64,000 nucleotides of DNA, from NCBI GenBank assembly GCA_005223125.1, contig NJBH01000003.1:32001-96000 (forward strand), in the 5' to 3' direction. The DNA comes from Promethearchaeota archaeon Loki_b32 (lineage in GTDB: Archaea; Asgardarchaeota; Lokiarchaeia; Sigyniarchaeales; SOKP01). Shown here piece after piece: positions 51,777 through 62,024 of this stretch. Positions within the stretch are counted from its first letter, which is position 1, and every line of letters starts with the position of its first letter. The translations under genes were made by a program, and so were the position numbers. The notes beneath the pieces are model-generated. The model had not been told where the DNA came from. It was given only the letters and a program-made list of their open reading frames with translations, and did no database searches.

Positions 51777-52886
51777 CTAAGATTTAAATTGTTCTTTAAT
51801 TCTATTATAAAGTGGTTTTATACTGTCTAGACAATTTACATCTAATAAATTATTATGACCAAGCGGATAATACGCGAGTATAATTGAATCAAAAAGAGTC
51901 CAATTTATATTATTAAACCCAATATCGTATCCTAAAACTTTAAACCCTTTTTCTAAAGCAAGTTTCATTGATTGTACTCCATTGTGAGTGGTTGGAATTT
52001 TCCAGAGGATTATTCTCCAATTCTTATAGACCTTTAATAAGTTATTTATAGATTTTTCTTTAATATAACCATACAATTTTACGATCGCGCTATAATAATT
52101 TTTAGAGACACCATAAAGTTCATACCCTTTATTATTTTTCCATTTTTCAAAATATAAAGTATCGTCTTTCATTCTTTTACATTTACTTTTCATGTATTTA
52201 TAGAAAAATACTAAAACCTCATTATCTAATAAAACCACATTTTTATCCCTTTTTTTCCAGAGATTTCTAAAGATCATCGAAAAGATAATTGCCGTTTCCT
52301 CATGCTGTGGAGGACATGGACAATTATCATCAACTTCGAATTCTCTCTTATCTCCAAAATTAATATAAGCAGGGATTATACTATAAGGTACTGCTCCAGC
52401 ATTTTGAGCAACAGCTTGAATTTTAATCTGAGAACCTCGTACCTCTGAATCAAGTCTTAAAACATCTTTGAATTGAGGCATTTTTGTTACCGTTATAAGC
52501 CCACCTACAGCTATTTTTGTTGTAATTCCTAATCCTTGGAACTTTTTCCTTGTAATCAAACTACCCGCATGAGCAATATATCTCTCCTTTTCAACCAAAG
52601 CAGCACCAGTAATTTCTTTTATTTTATTTTCAATTAATTCACCAACAACCCAAAATTTATTTGGATCTGAGATTTCTTTTTTTAGAAGTGTATCGTCATA
52701 AACTATGGGATTAATGTATTCATAATTGTAAATTTCTTTGAACATCTTTGAGATGTTTTTAGCATCTTTAGGTGTTGCAAACCTTAATCCAAATTCTTGT
52801 CCATCTTTAGATAAAAATTTCTGAAAATAAACATCTTCTTCTTTGAGAATTAACTTTTCTTTAAATGTTGTTTCCATTCTAATCAC
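51777..52886 (-). CDS. GNAT-domain protein
   Basis: RFATPKDA...KFQGLGI acetyl-CoA motif. Confidence 0.65.
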   Translation of the reverse strand: MIRMETTFKEKLILKEEDVYFQKFLSKDGQEFGLRFATPKDAKNISKMFKEIYNYEYINPIVYDDTLLKKEISDPNKFWVVGELIENKIKEITGAALVEKERYIAHAGSLITRKKFQGLGITTKIAVGGLITVTKMPQFKDVLRLDSEVRGSQIKIQAVAQNAGAVPYSIIPAYINFGDKREFEVDDNCPCPPQHEETAIIFSMIFRNLWKKRDKNVVLLDNEVLVFFYKYMKSKCKRMKDDTLYFEKWKNNKGYELYGVSKNYYSAIVKLYGYIKEKSINNLLKVYKNWRIILWKIPTTHNGVQSMKLALEKGFKVLGYDIGFNNINWTLFDSIILAYYPLGHNNLLDVNCLDSIKPLYNRIKEQFKS

Positions 52887-53046
52887 CTAGCCTTGATCAT
52901 TTAATAAAACGCTAATTAATACTTCCTAAAAGGATTTATAAAATTTCCCCTTTTTCATGTGAAAAAAATGAAAAAAAAAGTCAAATAATCCCATATAACA
53001 AGGTATGAAAAATATCACATACTAATGATTTCAAGCAAAATTAGTA

Positions 53047-53763
53047 TTACGATTTTAATTTAGAGCCGATCCCATAATACATTAAAGAGACCCAAAGTAC
53101 TATTGAAAATCCTGCTATACTAATTATTGATCTATAACTAGCACTTACTAAAAGGTTATTTATCATCAACAAATACATTATTATAATCACTCCCAATGAA
53201 CCTATTAAATAATCAAGCCATTTTCTTTTTAGTGCTTTTGTTTCAAATCGAAAATAGATTTTAAAATTTGTGTAGATCAAAGGGATAATCGCAAAACCAG
53301 TTATAATTGAAACTACATAAAAAAAGAAAATTGGATGCCATATTGGATATCCTCTCGAATGAATTTCCACTAGATCAAATGGAAGTAGTAAAAGTATTAG
53401 CATCCCCAAGAAAAGCAAAGTACCATATAATACAATATACCTATTTTGCCTTTTTACCGAAAAAACAAGAGTTGATTCAAGTATTATCATATTTACAATA
53501 AAAACAAAAACTATTCCAAAAAATAAAAAGAAGAGAGTCAAAAAATGAAGAATTAAAATAACTGTATTATTTGTCATCACAGCATAAACCATATTTAGAA
53601 TATTGCCAATTGTTACACTTATGAAAAATCCGCTTAACATGAGAGTAAGGCGTTGTTTTTTTCTCTTTAAAATTTTGTAAGCCATTATCGAAAAATAAAT
53701 AGCAACAAACCCTTGAACTACATAAATTAATATTACTCTTGGAAGATCAAGCTTAAATAACGT
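53047..53763 (-). CDS. Multi-pass membrane protein (about 7 TM)
   Basis: Hydrophobic helices; frame extends from ATG 53685 to an ACG at 53763 downstream of a ggtga RBS. Confidence 0.65.
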   Translation of the reverse strand, partial: TLFKLDLPRVILIYVVQGFVAIYFSIMAYKILKRKKQRLTLMLSGFFISVTIGNILNMVYAVMTNNTVILILHFLTLFFLFFGIVFVFIVNMIILESTLVFSVKRQNRYIVLYGTLLFLGMLILLLLPFDLVEIHSRGYPIWHPIFFFYVVSIITGFAIIPLIYTNFKIYFRFETKALKRKWLDYLIGSLGVIIIMYLLMINNLLVSASYRSIISIAGFSIVLWVSLMYYGIGSKLKS

Positions 53764-53902
53764 GTTATTTTTTCACCAATGTTAGTATAATTAATTTTTA
53801 CTAAGTTAGAATATTTTTTTCTAAAATAAAATATTATCTTCTTTAGCTTTAAATTGAATTAATTAACCAAATATTAATTCGAAGAATCGCCACATTTTTT
53901 TT

Positions 53903-54481
53903 TTAAGAAGAACTTAAATTTTTCATTCTAAGAGGAATATCCCATTTTTTCATGAGTCTTACTACACTAGGGGGAACCAAGTGTTCCCAAGTTACTCCTG
54001 TTATCATAGCTTCACGAATATCACTTGAGCTAAGTCCTTTATTCTCGAGTGAGACTTCCCATAAAACATGAATCTTTAATCCTAATGATTCAAAAAATTT
54101 CTTTTTTTGCTTCCCCCAATCATCATAAATAGTTAAAAAGAAAATCTCATCGACTGGGACATAATACTTAATCAATTCTGGAACATTGATGGGGAAAGGT
54201 ACAATTGAGAATTCCAAAAAGTTTAAGCCTTGTTCTAGTAAAGCTGTTTCTACCATTACATAACGCTCATAATAAGATAATGGATTTGCTATTGGAGTAC
54301 TCCTATGAGGATTTGAATCATGGTGCTTCGTCAAAGAAGGATCAGGATTTGTGATTCCAACAATTAAATGTTTGCAGAGTTTCTTACCTGCCATGAGATA
54401 TTTAATGTGATCATTATGAAGTATTTGGAATCTCCCATGAATTACTCCCTTATTGTAAATAGGTTCTTCAGTAGGCATCAT
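53903..54481 (-). CDS. Nicotinamide/nicotinate-nucleotide adenylyltransferase (NadM-like)
   Basis: HGRFQILHNDH (HxGH variant), NPLSYYER, SSSDIR, WEHLVP. Confidence 0.8.
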   Translation of the reverse strand: MMPTEEPIYNKGVIHGRFQILHNDHIKYLMAGKKLCKHLIVGITNPDPSLTKHHDSNPHRSTPIANPLSYYERYVMVETALLEQGLNFLEFSIVPFPINVPELIKYYVPVDEIFFLTIYDDWGKQKKKFFESLGLKIHVLWEVSLENKGLSSSDIREAMITGVTWEHLVPPSVVRLMKKWDIPLRMKNLSSS

Positions 54482-54631
54482 AAAATAAATAAAATAAAGT
54501 AATTTCAAAAAAATAATAAACATAGACTTTTAAATCTTTTTGAAAGAAATTTCTATATTTTGTCTTTCTCTCGAATAAAAATGAACACTTGTGTATAAAA
54601 CTATATATAATTTAATCCCTTAATTAATTTT

Positions 54632-54847
54632 ATGTCAAAATGCCCTTTTTGTGAAGCCGATATTTTTTTAGAGGATTTTTTTCATACAACCGTTAAAGAA
54701 ACTAAAAAAGGAAAAATAAAAAAGAAAACTGGAGAATTTAAAGGAGAAACTATGCTTATAGGATATAGAAATTATGTAAAAATTTGGATATGTCCATCGT
54801 GTGATAAGATTCTAGGTTTTTCAGAATATAAGTGGGATGATACTTAA
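54632..54847 (+). CDS. Small Zn-finger protein
   Basis: CPFC...CPSCDKILG. Confidence 0.65.
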   Translation: MSKCPFCEADIFLEDFFHTTVKETKKGKIKKKTGEFKGETMLIGYRNYVKIWICPSCDKILGFSEYKWDDT

Positions 54848-54867
54848 TAAATATAGCAAAATATGAT

Positions 54868-55389
54868 TCATAAAACTATTCCGCAATACGGACAAATTGA
54901 TGCATCTGGATCGATCTGATTTCCACATTCTTGACAGAATTTATTCTGAGATTTAACCGGTAAATTCATTGATCTGATATCATCTTCCTTGCTAACCATT
55001 GATTCCACTAATTTTGCAGGAGATTGAGTAAAATGTGAATAAATCACACCTATTATTATAATTATAAGCATAACTGAAAAAATTATTATCGGAATGACCA
55101 TTGTGAAATGAAAAAATGGGAAATTAGACACGATTATAATCGAAAGTACTAAAAAAATAGCAATTGGAAGAATACATATTAAAGATCCTAATTGGGAAGA
55201 TCTGGATTTTACATTTCCAAGATTGTGATAGCAGGCTCTGCAATACACATGACTAGTAGAGTATTTATCTCCACCTCTACCATGAGTTATATTAAAATTT
55301 TTCTTGCATCTTAAGCAAATTGGCTTATAACATTTTTCACATTTTGTAGTAGCATCTACTTCTGGATGATTATAACATTTTAAACTCAT
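54868..55389 (-). CDS. B-box-like Zn finger / 2 TM / double Zn-ribbon membrane protein
   Basis: CYNH...CEKC.KPICLRC...CRAC; two TM helices; CQEC...CPYC. Confidence 0.7.
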   Translation of the reverse strand: MSLKCYNHPEVDATTKCEKCYKPICLRCKKNFNITHGRGGDKYSTSHVYCRACYHNLGNVKSRSSQLGSLICILPIAIFLVLSIIIVSNFPFFHFTMVIPIIIFSVMLIIIIIGVIYSHFTQSPAKLVESMVSKEDDIRSMNLPVKSQNKFCQECGNQIDPDASICPYCGIVL

Positions 55390-55580
55390 TGGATATGTAT
55401 TCTTTAATTAAAAAAATATATAAATCTTTTTACTAGAATAAGTAACTTTCGCCTAAGAATCTCATATTAACTATATTCAAATCCTTGTTCTTCACTATTT
55501 TTTTAGACCTTTATCACTTAAAAAGCTGGTTTTAATATAAGTATTACATTTGAAAGAAAAAATTTTGTATTCTAATCATT

Positions 55581-56771
55581 ATGAAAACTGATAATTGTTT
55601 TGAGTTAAAATTAAGTAATACAATAGGTTTAAAGGATACAACTCAAAATATCGTTAAATTTATCCATGCAAGTGATATTCATCTTGGAGCTGCTCAATAT
55701 AGAAATGAATATAGGGCTAATGATTTTATCCATGCTTTTCGGGAGATTTTAGAACTAGCACTCACGCATGGTGTCGATTTTGTGTTACTAGGAGGTGATG
55801 TATTTACTTCCTTAGAAATATTACCGGGTCAATTAACTAAAATCGTTAAAATCTTGAAAGATTTCAAAGAATTTACAATGGGATCTATTTTAATTATAGC
55901 AATAGAAGGTAATCATGATATTAGAAAATTTTCAAGAGGTATTAGATTCGAACGACGAGGTCAATCGTGGCTTAAACTTTTAAATAGCTTAGGATTGATA
56001 GTTTTACTTGATGCTGATTTAGAAGCGCCTTCTGAAGTAATATTCCCCCCTTATGATTTTGATACTAAAAAAGGTGGGAAAATACAAATCAAAAATGTGG
56101 TAATCTATGGTACTCGTTACCTTGGGGAAAAACCAATCTCTTTTCTTTCAAAAATAAGAAAGGCTATAGTAAAAAATAATGCTTTATATAATGTTCTTCT
56201 ACAGCATTTTGGAATCGAAGGACAGATGGAAAATGTTCCTGGAGTCAAATTAGAAGATATTCAACACCTACAACATCGGGTAAATTATTTAGCTTTAGGA
56301 CATTTTCATAAGCAATTTATCATTGGAGATTGGATATATAATCCAGGATCTTCAGAAGCAGTATGTTCAATGGATAATTCGTTTAAACGAGGTGTTTTTT
56401 TGATAGAAATTTCAAAAGAACTTCAAGAATTTGTAAAAAAAGCTAAAATATTTCGTTTAATAAATCGAAAATATATATGGGAAACAATTCAGTTAAATTT
56501 TGAATATAGAAATAAAAATAATCTTGAAAACTTTATAATAAATAAATTAAATTCTTCATTAAAATATCTAAATTGTAATATCAATCCATCTAATCCTCAA
56601 ATGCCTGTATTACTTTTACTTCTAAAAGGGAAAGAACCTTCTAAATTATGCAAGATTAATGAAAAAGAATTAAGAAGAAAAATATGTAATCTCTTTCCTG
56701 TGGTAGATGTTAGAATATATAATAAATTTGAAATAATCCTAAGGACGTTAGATAATTATATTTTGGCTTAA
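55581..56771 (+). CDS. Mre11/SbcD-family metallophosphoesterase nuclease
   Basis: HASDIHLG, GGDVF, EGNHD, ALGHFH, YNPGS. Confidence 0.85.
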   Translation: MKTDNCFELKLSNTIGLKDTTQNIVKFIHASDIHLGAAQYRNEYRANDFIHAFREILELALTHGVDFVLLGGDVFTSLEILPGQLTKIVKILKDFKEFTMGSILIIAIEGNHDIRKFSRGIRFERRGQSWLKLLNSLGLIVLLDADLEAPSEVIFPPYDFDTKKGGKIQIKNVVIYGTRYLGEKPISFLSKIRKAIVKNNALYNVLLQHFGIEGQMENVPGVKLEDIQHLQHRVNYLALGHFHKQFIIGDWIYNPGSSEAVCSMDNSFKRGVFLIEISKELQEFVKKAKIFRLINRKYIWETIQLNFEYRNKNNLENFIINKLNSSLKYLNCNINPSNPQMPVLLLLLKGKEPSKLCKINEKELRRKICNLFPVVDVRIYNKFEIILRTLDNYILA

Positions 56772-56841
56772 ATTCAACTGATTAACATAATTTTTTGTAT
56801 TAGTTTAAAGTTTATAAGGTACTTAAATAAAATTAGTTATT

Positions 56842-58452
56842 ATGAAGATTCGATCTTTTCTAAGAAATAATAAGTTTTTTACGATTATTACTATTATTTT
56901 CGTAGTATGGTTGGTATTCCTCACAATATTATCTATCATTGGACAAAGAACTGTAGTATTCTTTGATGTTCTTGGATGGGAGGATGTTTCATCAGAATTT
57001 TCAAGTAAATTACCATTGTTAAGATATTTTGTAGAGCCTTTTTACGTGCTTGCTTACGTTTTAGAGTATGAATTTACTTGGATGTTTCTTTTCTTGATCT
57101 TTTATCCAATTCTTAGAGGAATTTATTTATATTTAAAGAAAAAAGGTTTTTTTAGTTCAGAGAGATATACATTAATAACCTATCCAATTTCTGATATCCT
57201 TTATTTTATTTTTAAAGTTTTAACCCTCGCAATTTTGATAGTTGGAATATACATTCTTATAGGGTTTATTATACAAGGTTATTTCTTTGTAAGTAGATAT
57301 TTTATGGTACCAGTTCAAATAGCGGTTCATTCAGGCATGATTCTCATTTTCATAAAAATAAGTTTTACTGTGCTCAAATTGCTTCATCCAAAGCTAACAT
57401 TAAACTTATCTAAAAAATTTTTAAACAAAAAAATAAAAAGAAAACCAAAAAGACAAACCATAAAACGAGAAACTGTCTTTTTCATTGGAATGGGTGTGTT
57501 ATTACTCAGTACCAATGTTGTGCTTCTTTCTACACCTTTCCCTCCTCATAAAATAATCCCGACAGTACCACTTGAAGATAATGAATTTTTATTCGATTTT
57601 CATGTTCATACTACGTTTAGTGATGGTTGGCTTACTGTAGAAGAAAGGATTAACTGGTACATACAACAAGGGATAATGGGAGCAGCTTTTTCCGACCATG
57701 ACAATATAAGAGGGGCTAAGATGGCTCAAAGGTATGTAGAGGAACAAGGTTTAGATTTTGTTGTATTTATGGCAGAAGAATGGACAGATAACGCGGCAAA
57801 TCCAGATTTTCATATGAATTATTATGGTCTTGCTGAAGAAATTGTACCACCTATGTCAGATAATCCAATTACAAAAGTAATGAATGGTTCTGAGACGATC
57901 GAATATGTAAAAAGTAAAGGTGGTTATATAATTGTTAATCATTATAATTATGATCCTAATCCCAATGGTGGTTATGGCCTTCCATTTTCATTAGATCAAT
58001 TAAAAGATTGGGGTGTTGATGGTTTTGAGATTTCTAATGGGGGAAGTTATGGAAGTAAATATAAACAGATAAGGGATTATTGCCTAACTAATAATCTAAC
58101 ATGTATAGGAGGAAGCGACATCCATACTTGTGAGGATTTGAATACTTTTGTAAAATTGAAATTAGATGACCCTACAAATCTAACTATTGTAAATATATTT
58201 GAAACTTTAAAAGAAAATACACATAAAGTTATTGCAATTAATCTGTATCCAAAGGTTGTAGATTTTCCAGGTGATTTGAATGATTTTGGCTTTTATATTT
58301 TTGAGGCTTTTATCAATTATATATTAAATATAGGTTTATACCAAACTTTATCTTGGATAATTTGGTCATTTATGGTGTATACTTTACTATTTCTAATATA
58401 CCGAAAAATTAAAAACACTGATATAAGGTTTTTAAAAGACAAAATCATGTAA
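56842..58452 (+). CDS. Membrane-anchored PHP-domain phosphoesterase
   Basis: About 5 N-terminal TM helices; DFHVHTTFSDG, SDHDN, AEEW, VNH, GGSDIH; C-terminal TM. Confidence 0.8.
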   Translation: MKIRSFLRNNKFFTIITIIFVVWLVFLTILSIIGQRTVVFFDVLGWEDVSSEFSSKLPLLRYFVEPFYVLAYVLEYEFTWMFLFLIFYPILRGIYLYLKKKGFFSSERYTLITYPISDILYFIFKVLTLAILIVGIYILIGFIIQGYFFVSRYFMVPVQIAVHSGMILIFIKISFTVLKLLHPKLTLNLSKKFLNKKIKRKPKRQTIKRETVFFIGMGVLLLSTNVVLLSTPFPPHKIIPTVPLEDNEFLFDFHVHTTFSDGWLTVEERINWYIQQGIMGAAFSDHDNIRGAKMAQRYVEEQGLDFVVFMAEEWTDNAANPDFHMNYYGLAEEIVPPMSDNPITKVMNGSETIEYVKSKGGYIIVNHYNYDPNPNGGYGLPFSLDQLKDWGVDGFEISNGGSYGSKYKQIRDYCLTNNLTCIGGSDIHTCEDLNTFVKLKLDDPTNLTIVNIFETLKENTHKVIAINLYPKVVDFPGDLNDFGFYIFEAFINYILNIGLYQTLSWIIWSFMVYTLLFLIYRKIKNTDIRFLKDKIM

Positions 58453-58497
58453 GTAAATATTACCATTTACATCTTTTTTTTAAAAAAGGGAAAAAGA

Positions 58498-58914
58498 ATG
58501 AAGCTTGAAGAAGTATATGAATTTATGGAAAATCTTGAGATTGTAAGTATGGCTACAGTAGAAGGAAATCAGCCTCACGTAAGAATAATGGCGTTAATTA
58601 CTCATAATAATAATTATTGGTGCTGTACAATAGCATCACGTCCGAAAATGCAACAATTTAAAGCAAATGATAAGTTTGAATTCTGTAGTATTATTAGAAA
58701 AGATGAGAGTCTAGGTTCGATACGTGCATGTGGGAAAGCCAAAATTATTGAAGATTTTGAAGTAAAAGAAGAGCTTTCTAAAGTAATTCCATTTTTTAGT
58801 GGATACTGGGAGGATTACTCTGATCCTAAATTTGGATTAATTCTACTTGATATTGATAAAATCGAAGTACAAAGTCCTTATGACAAAAAGTTCTATACAT
58901 TTAAAATAAAATAA
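58498..58914 (+). CDS. Pyridoxamine 5'-phosphate oxidase-like FMN-binding protein
   Basis: MATVEGNQPHVRIM...KMQQFKAN. Confidence 0.8.
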   Translation: MKLEEVYEFMENLEIVSMATVEGNQPHVRIMALITHNNNYWCCTIASRPKMQQFKANDKFEFCSIIRKDESLGSIRACGKAKIIEDFEVKEELSKVIPFFSGYWEDYSDPKFGLILLDIDKIEVQSPYDKKFYTFKIK

Positions 58915-58935
58915 GAATATAATATCGAATAAAGT

Positions 58936-59409
58936 TTAGATATAGTATCCCGTATTGTCTTCCCCATATTTATCCTTATCGTCATCTTTGTCATCATCGT
59001 CTTTTCCTAGGAATTTTTTATAGAAATATTTCAACATTTTTTCGGGATCACCATCAAGATCTTTAAGATCTTTAAATTCGCGAGGATCGATCCTTATAAT
59101 ACCTCCTCTCTTCATTGGTACAATATTGTTGCGTAATTTCTTTTTCATTCTTTCTTGTTCTCTCGCGTTCTGAAGTAATTCTTTTTTCATTAAATCTTTA
59201 AATTCATTTACGACTAGTTTATCTAAATAACTCGGTTCAAATTCCATCAGAACTTCTATACCATAGAACTTATTAAGTCTTTTAATCGCTCTATCTTTTT
59301 TGAATTCCGGAATCTGACTTATACTCTCCAGATTCAACATTGATAAAATGTTCAGCCAATCGAGTTTTGTGGTCCAAGGGAAAATTTTATTGTCTTCTGC
59401 CATTTTCAC
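58936..59409 (-). CDS. Hypothetical protein with acidic C-terminal tail
   Basis: 157-aa ORF; DDDDKDDDKD tail. Confidence 0.65.
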   Translation of the reverse strand: MKMAEDNKIFPWTTKLDWLNILSMLNLESISQIPEFKKDRAIKRLNKFYGIEVLMEFEPSYLDKLVVNEFKDLMKKELLQNAREQERMKKKLRNNIVPMKRGGIIRIDPREFKDLKDLDGDPEKMLKYFYKKFLGKDDDDKDDDKDKYGEDNTGYYI

Positions 59410-59623
59410 TATAATTTTTTATATAATTGATAAAATGTATGTTTGAAATTAAACTTTTTTCAAAGACCTTTATGATGTTACCAACAAATGAGACTTATAA
59501 ATTTATTGATTTTATTCTATAATATTCAGAATAAAGCAATTTTCTTAGATATCTTACCAACTCAAGGATATTTTAAATATGGGTTATTTGTTAATAGGAT
59601 TAAAAAGTTTGTTTTTAGATTGA

Positions 59624-60460
59624 TTAATTTTGAATGAATTCTTTGATTTTCGAAGAGACAAATTCTGGGGCATCATGATTAATCCAATGAGAAGATTTAT
59701 CATGGCGTTCTATTCGTAAATCCTTAACATAATCAGATAATCCCTCCAATAATTGAGGCCTTAAAGCAATATCTTTCATTCCCCAAAGAACTAAAGTGGG
59801 AACCTCAATTATACCTTTCCATTCTTCAAAACCTCTATTAGCCCGATAATAGTTTACACCACCCACTATTGCCCCTGGTTGAGACCACGCTTCAAGATAT
59901 TTCTCCCTATCAGAATCACTAAAATTTTTGTTAAAGACCGATTCTCTTAATACTTTATAATCATTTTCAACAATGAACTTCTCACCATTAGGTTTATAAA
60001 ACTCAAAAATATAGAAACTCGCTTTTTGTTGATCCTTATCGGTTTTTAATTTTTGGGCGAAAATTTTATGATGTGGAGCATTTAATATAATTAACTTGTT
60101 TAATAATTCTGGATATTTTTCTGCAAATATCCAAGCTAAAACACCTCCCCAATCATGCCCCGCAAGGCAGAATTTTCCTAATCTTAACGCCTCACCTAAA
60201 CCTTTAATATCTTCTAATAAAATTTCTACTTTATAGTTTTCAACTCCTTCTGGTTTGTCAGACAAATTATACCCTCTCATATCAGGTATTACTAATTTAA
60301 AATCATCCTTTAGGAGGGGAATAACTTTTGACCAAGAATACCAGAAATCTGGAAAACCATGCAGTAAAATCAAAGGTTCTCCAGATCCAACAATAATAGT
60401 ATGGAGTTTTATCCCATTTGTTTCAATAAATACTTCTTCTATTTCATTTAGGATTACCAT
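59624..60460 (-). CDS. Alpha/beta hydrolase (epoxide hydrolase-like)
   Basis: LLHGFP, PDMRGYNLSDKP, GHDWGG, SHW. Confidence 0.9.
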   Translation of the reverse strand: MVILNEIEEVFIETNGIKLHTIIVGSGEPLILLHGFPDFWYSWSKVIPLLKDDFKLVIPDMRGYNLSDKPEGVENYKVEILLEDIKGLGEALRLGKFCLAGHDWGGVLAWIFAEKYPELLNKLIILNAPHHKIFAQKLKTDKDQQKASFYIFEFYKPNGEKFIVENDYKVLRESVFNKNFSDSDREKYLEAWSQPGAIVGGVNYYRANRGFEEWKGIIEVPTLVLWGMKDIALRPQLLEGLSDYVKDLRIERHDKSSHWINHDAPEFVSSKIKEFIQN

Positions 60461-60576
60461 AGTTGTAGGAATGTAAAAAGCTATTTAATATTTAATGAAA
60501 TAGGATTAACAAAAAGAAAAATACTTTAAAAATAGGATAAAAATCAGAAAATATACCAAAAAATTCGTTAATTTAT

Positions 60577-60789
60577 TTATTCGAAATAATTCATAAATGA
60601 TTTTGTAAAATCGTTTACAGATGAATTGTCAATTTCACCGAATTTATAGCGTCCACGTGGTAATTTGGCTTTTCCTGAAAGATATTTCTTTAAGGCAAGT
60701 TCATAATCATTAATAGCTAAACTGTTATGTTCTGCGAATTTGATTTCACCAAAATATTTTTCTATAAAATCTGGTTTCAATATACTCAT
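60577..60789 (-). CDS. Hypothetical small protein
   Basis: ggtga RBS upstream of ATG. Confidence 0.5.
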   Translation of the reverse strand: MSILKPDFIEKYFGEIKFAEHNSLAINDYELALKKYLSGKAKLPRGRYKFGEIDNSSVNDFTKSFMNYFE

Positions 60790-60933
60790 ATTAAGTAATC
60801 ACCATTATTGTGTTTTTTATTCAAATGTTTTTTTAATTAATTAAATAATTACTTTTATGAAGAGAAGAAAGTTTACTATATAAATTTTTTCCTACACTTG
60901 CAACGGTTAAAATTTCTTGGTTTTTACCGAATC

Positions 60934-60958
60934 TTCATTCACTGAATGAACGTTCATT
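60934..60958. promoter_or_regulatory. Overlapping palindromes, candidate TetR operator
   Basis: ttcattca-c-tgaatgaa (60934-60950) and aatgaacgttcatt (60945-60958), in the divergent intergenic region upstream of a TetR gene. Confidence 0.5.
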
Positions 60959-61282
60959 TGTTAAGTTCTTATCTTCATTATTCAACGAAATAATAAAGAT
61001 AGATATAAAAATAACACTTTCTCAAAAATTCCCATCATTTTCCCGTTTTTCATAATTTGTTTTTATTATTTTCCTTAAATTGTAATTACCTACTCACTCC
61101 TTATATATAGACATTATTTTTTACAGAAAGAAGATACCTGATTTCTAAGAAACTTGATAAATCTATAGGAATTTGAAAATTAAAAAGTAATAAATTTTAA
61201 CATAATTTCTTAACATGTAATAATATTTTTAATAAATTTTTTTATAATGTAAATTATTCAATATTTTTCGAGTTGACTATAG

Positions 61283-61897
61283 ATGTCTTTAAGGGCAAAA
61301 AAGTTTGAAATAATTAAGAAGGAAAAAAGAAATCTATTTATAATATCGGCTCTCTCTGTTTTTGAAGAAAAAGGGTTTAACAATACTCGTATAAAAGATA
61401 TTACAGAAAAGGCAGGAACCTCTGTGGGAAATTATTATAACTATTTTAAAAGTAAAGAAGAAGTATTCGAAGTTATAATTAGTGGATTAGCTGAACATAT
61501 GGTTGGTAAGTTTAAAAAATTATTTATATATTTCCAAGATAATAGATTACCCCCAATCTCTGCGGTTAAGAATCTTTTTCGAGGATATGCAAAAATGTTT
61601 AAAACAAAAAAGGAGACTTTTCTCATTTTTCTTGAGCAAATGGGCGGGATTAATATAAAATATAGAGCGAAAAGAAATGAGATTATTGATAGTTTTACAG
61701 ACGAAGTAGAAAAAATCATCTTAAAACTAGTAGAATTCGGAGCTCGTAGCCAAAATCCTAAGATATCCGCTAGAGTTTGGACATCTACGGTACTGGGCGT
61801 TTTTAATTGGTGGATTCGGAGTGATTTTGACCTTGAAGAAGAAGAACTTGTTAATAATTTGACAGAATTTCTTGTTAGGGGAACTATGACAAAATAA
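61283..61897 (+). CDS. TetR/AcrR-family transcriptional regulator
   Basis: ALSVFEEKGFNNTRIKDITEKAGTSVGNYYNYFKSKEE HTH. Confidence 0.92.
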   Translation: MSLRAKKFEIIKKEKRNLFIISALSVFEEKGFNNTRIKDITEKAGTSVGNYYNYFKSKEEVFEVIISGLAEHMVGKFKKLFIYFQDNRLPPISAVKNLFRGYAKMFKTKKETFLIFLEQMGGINIKYRAKRNEIIDSFTDEVEKIILKLVEFGARSQNPKISARVWTSTVLGVFNWWIRSDFDLEEEELVNNLTEFLVRGTMTK

Positions 61898-62024
61898 GTA
61901 CTTTTAGTTTTTCTTTCTTTTGGTAATAATATGAAAAAATTTTTACAACAGTTATAATTATAAGCAATATATTCAAATTATACTTGGAGAATCCATATTT
62001 TAAAATTATTAGGCTTGACATAAA

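Noticed and set aside
523-61719. Many short ORFs of 60-100 aa overlapping well-supported genes
   Set aside because: Antisense or alternate-frame shadows with no motifs.
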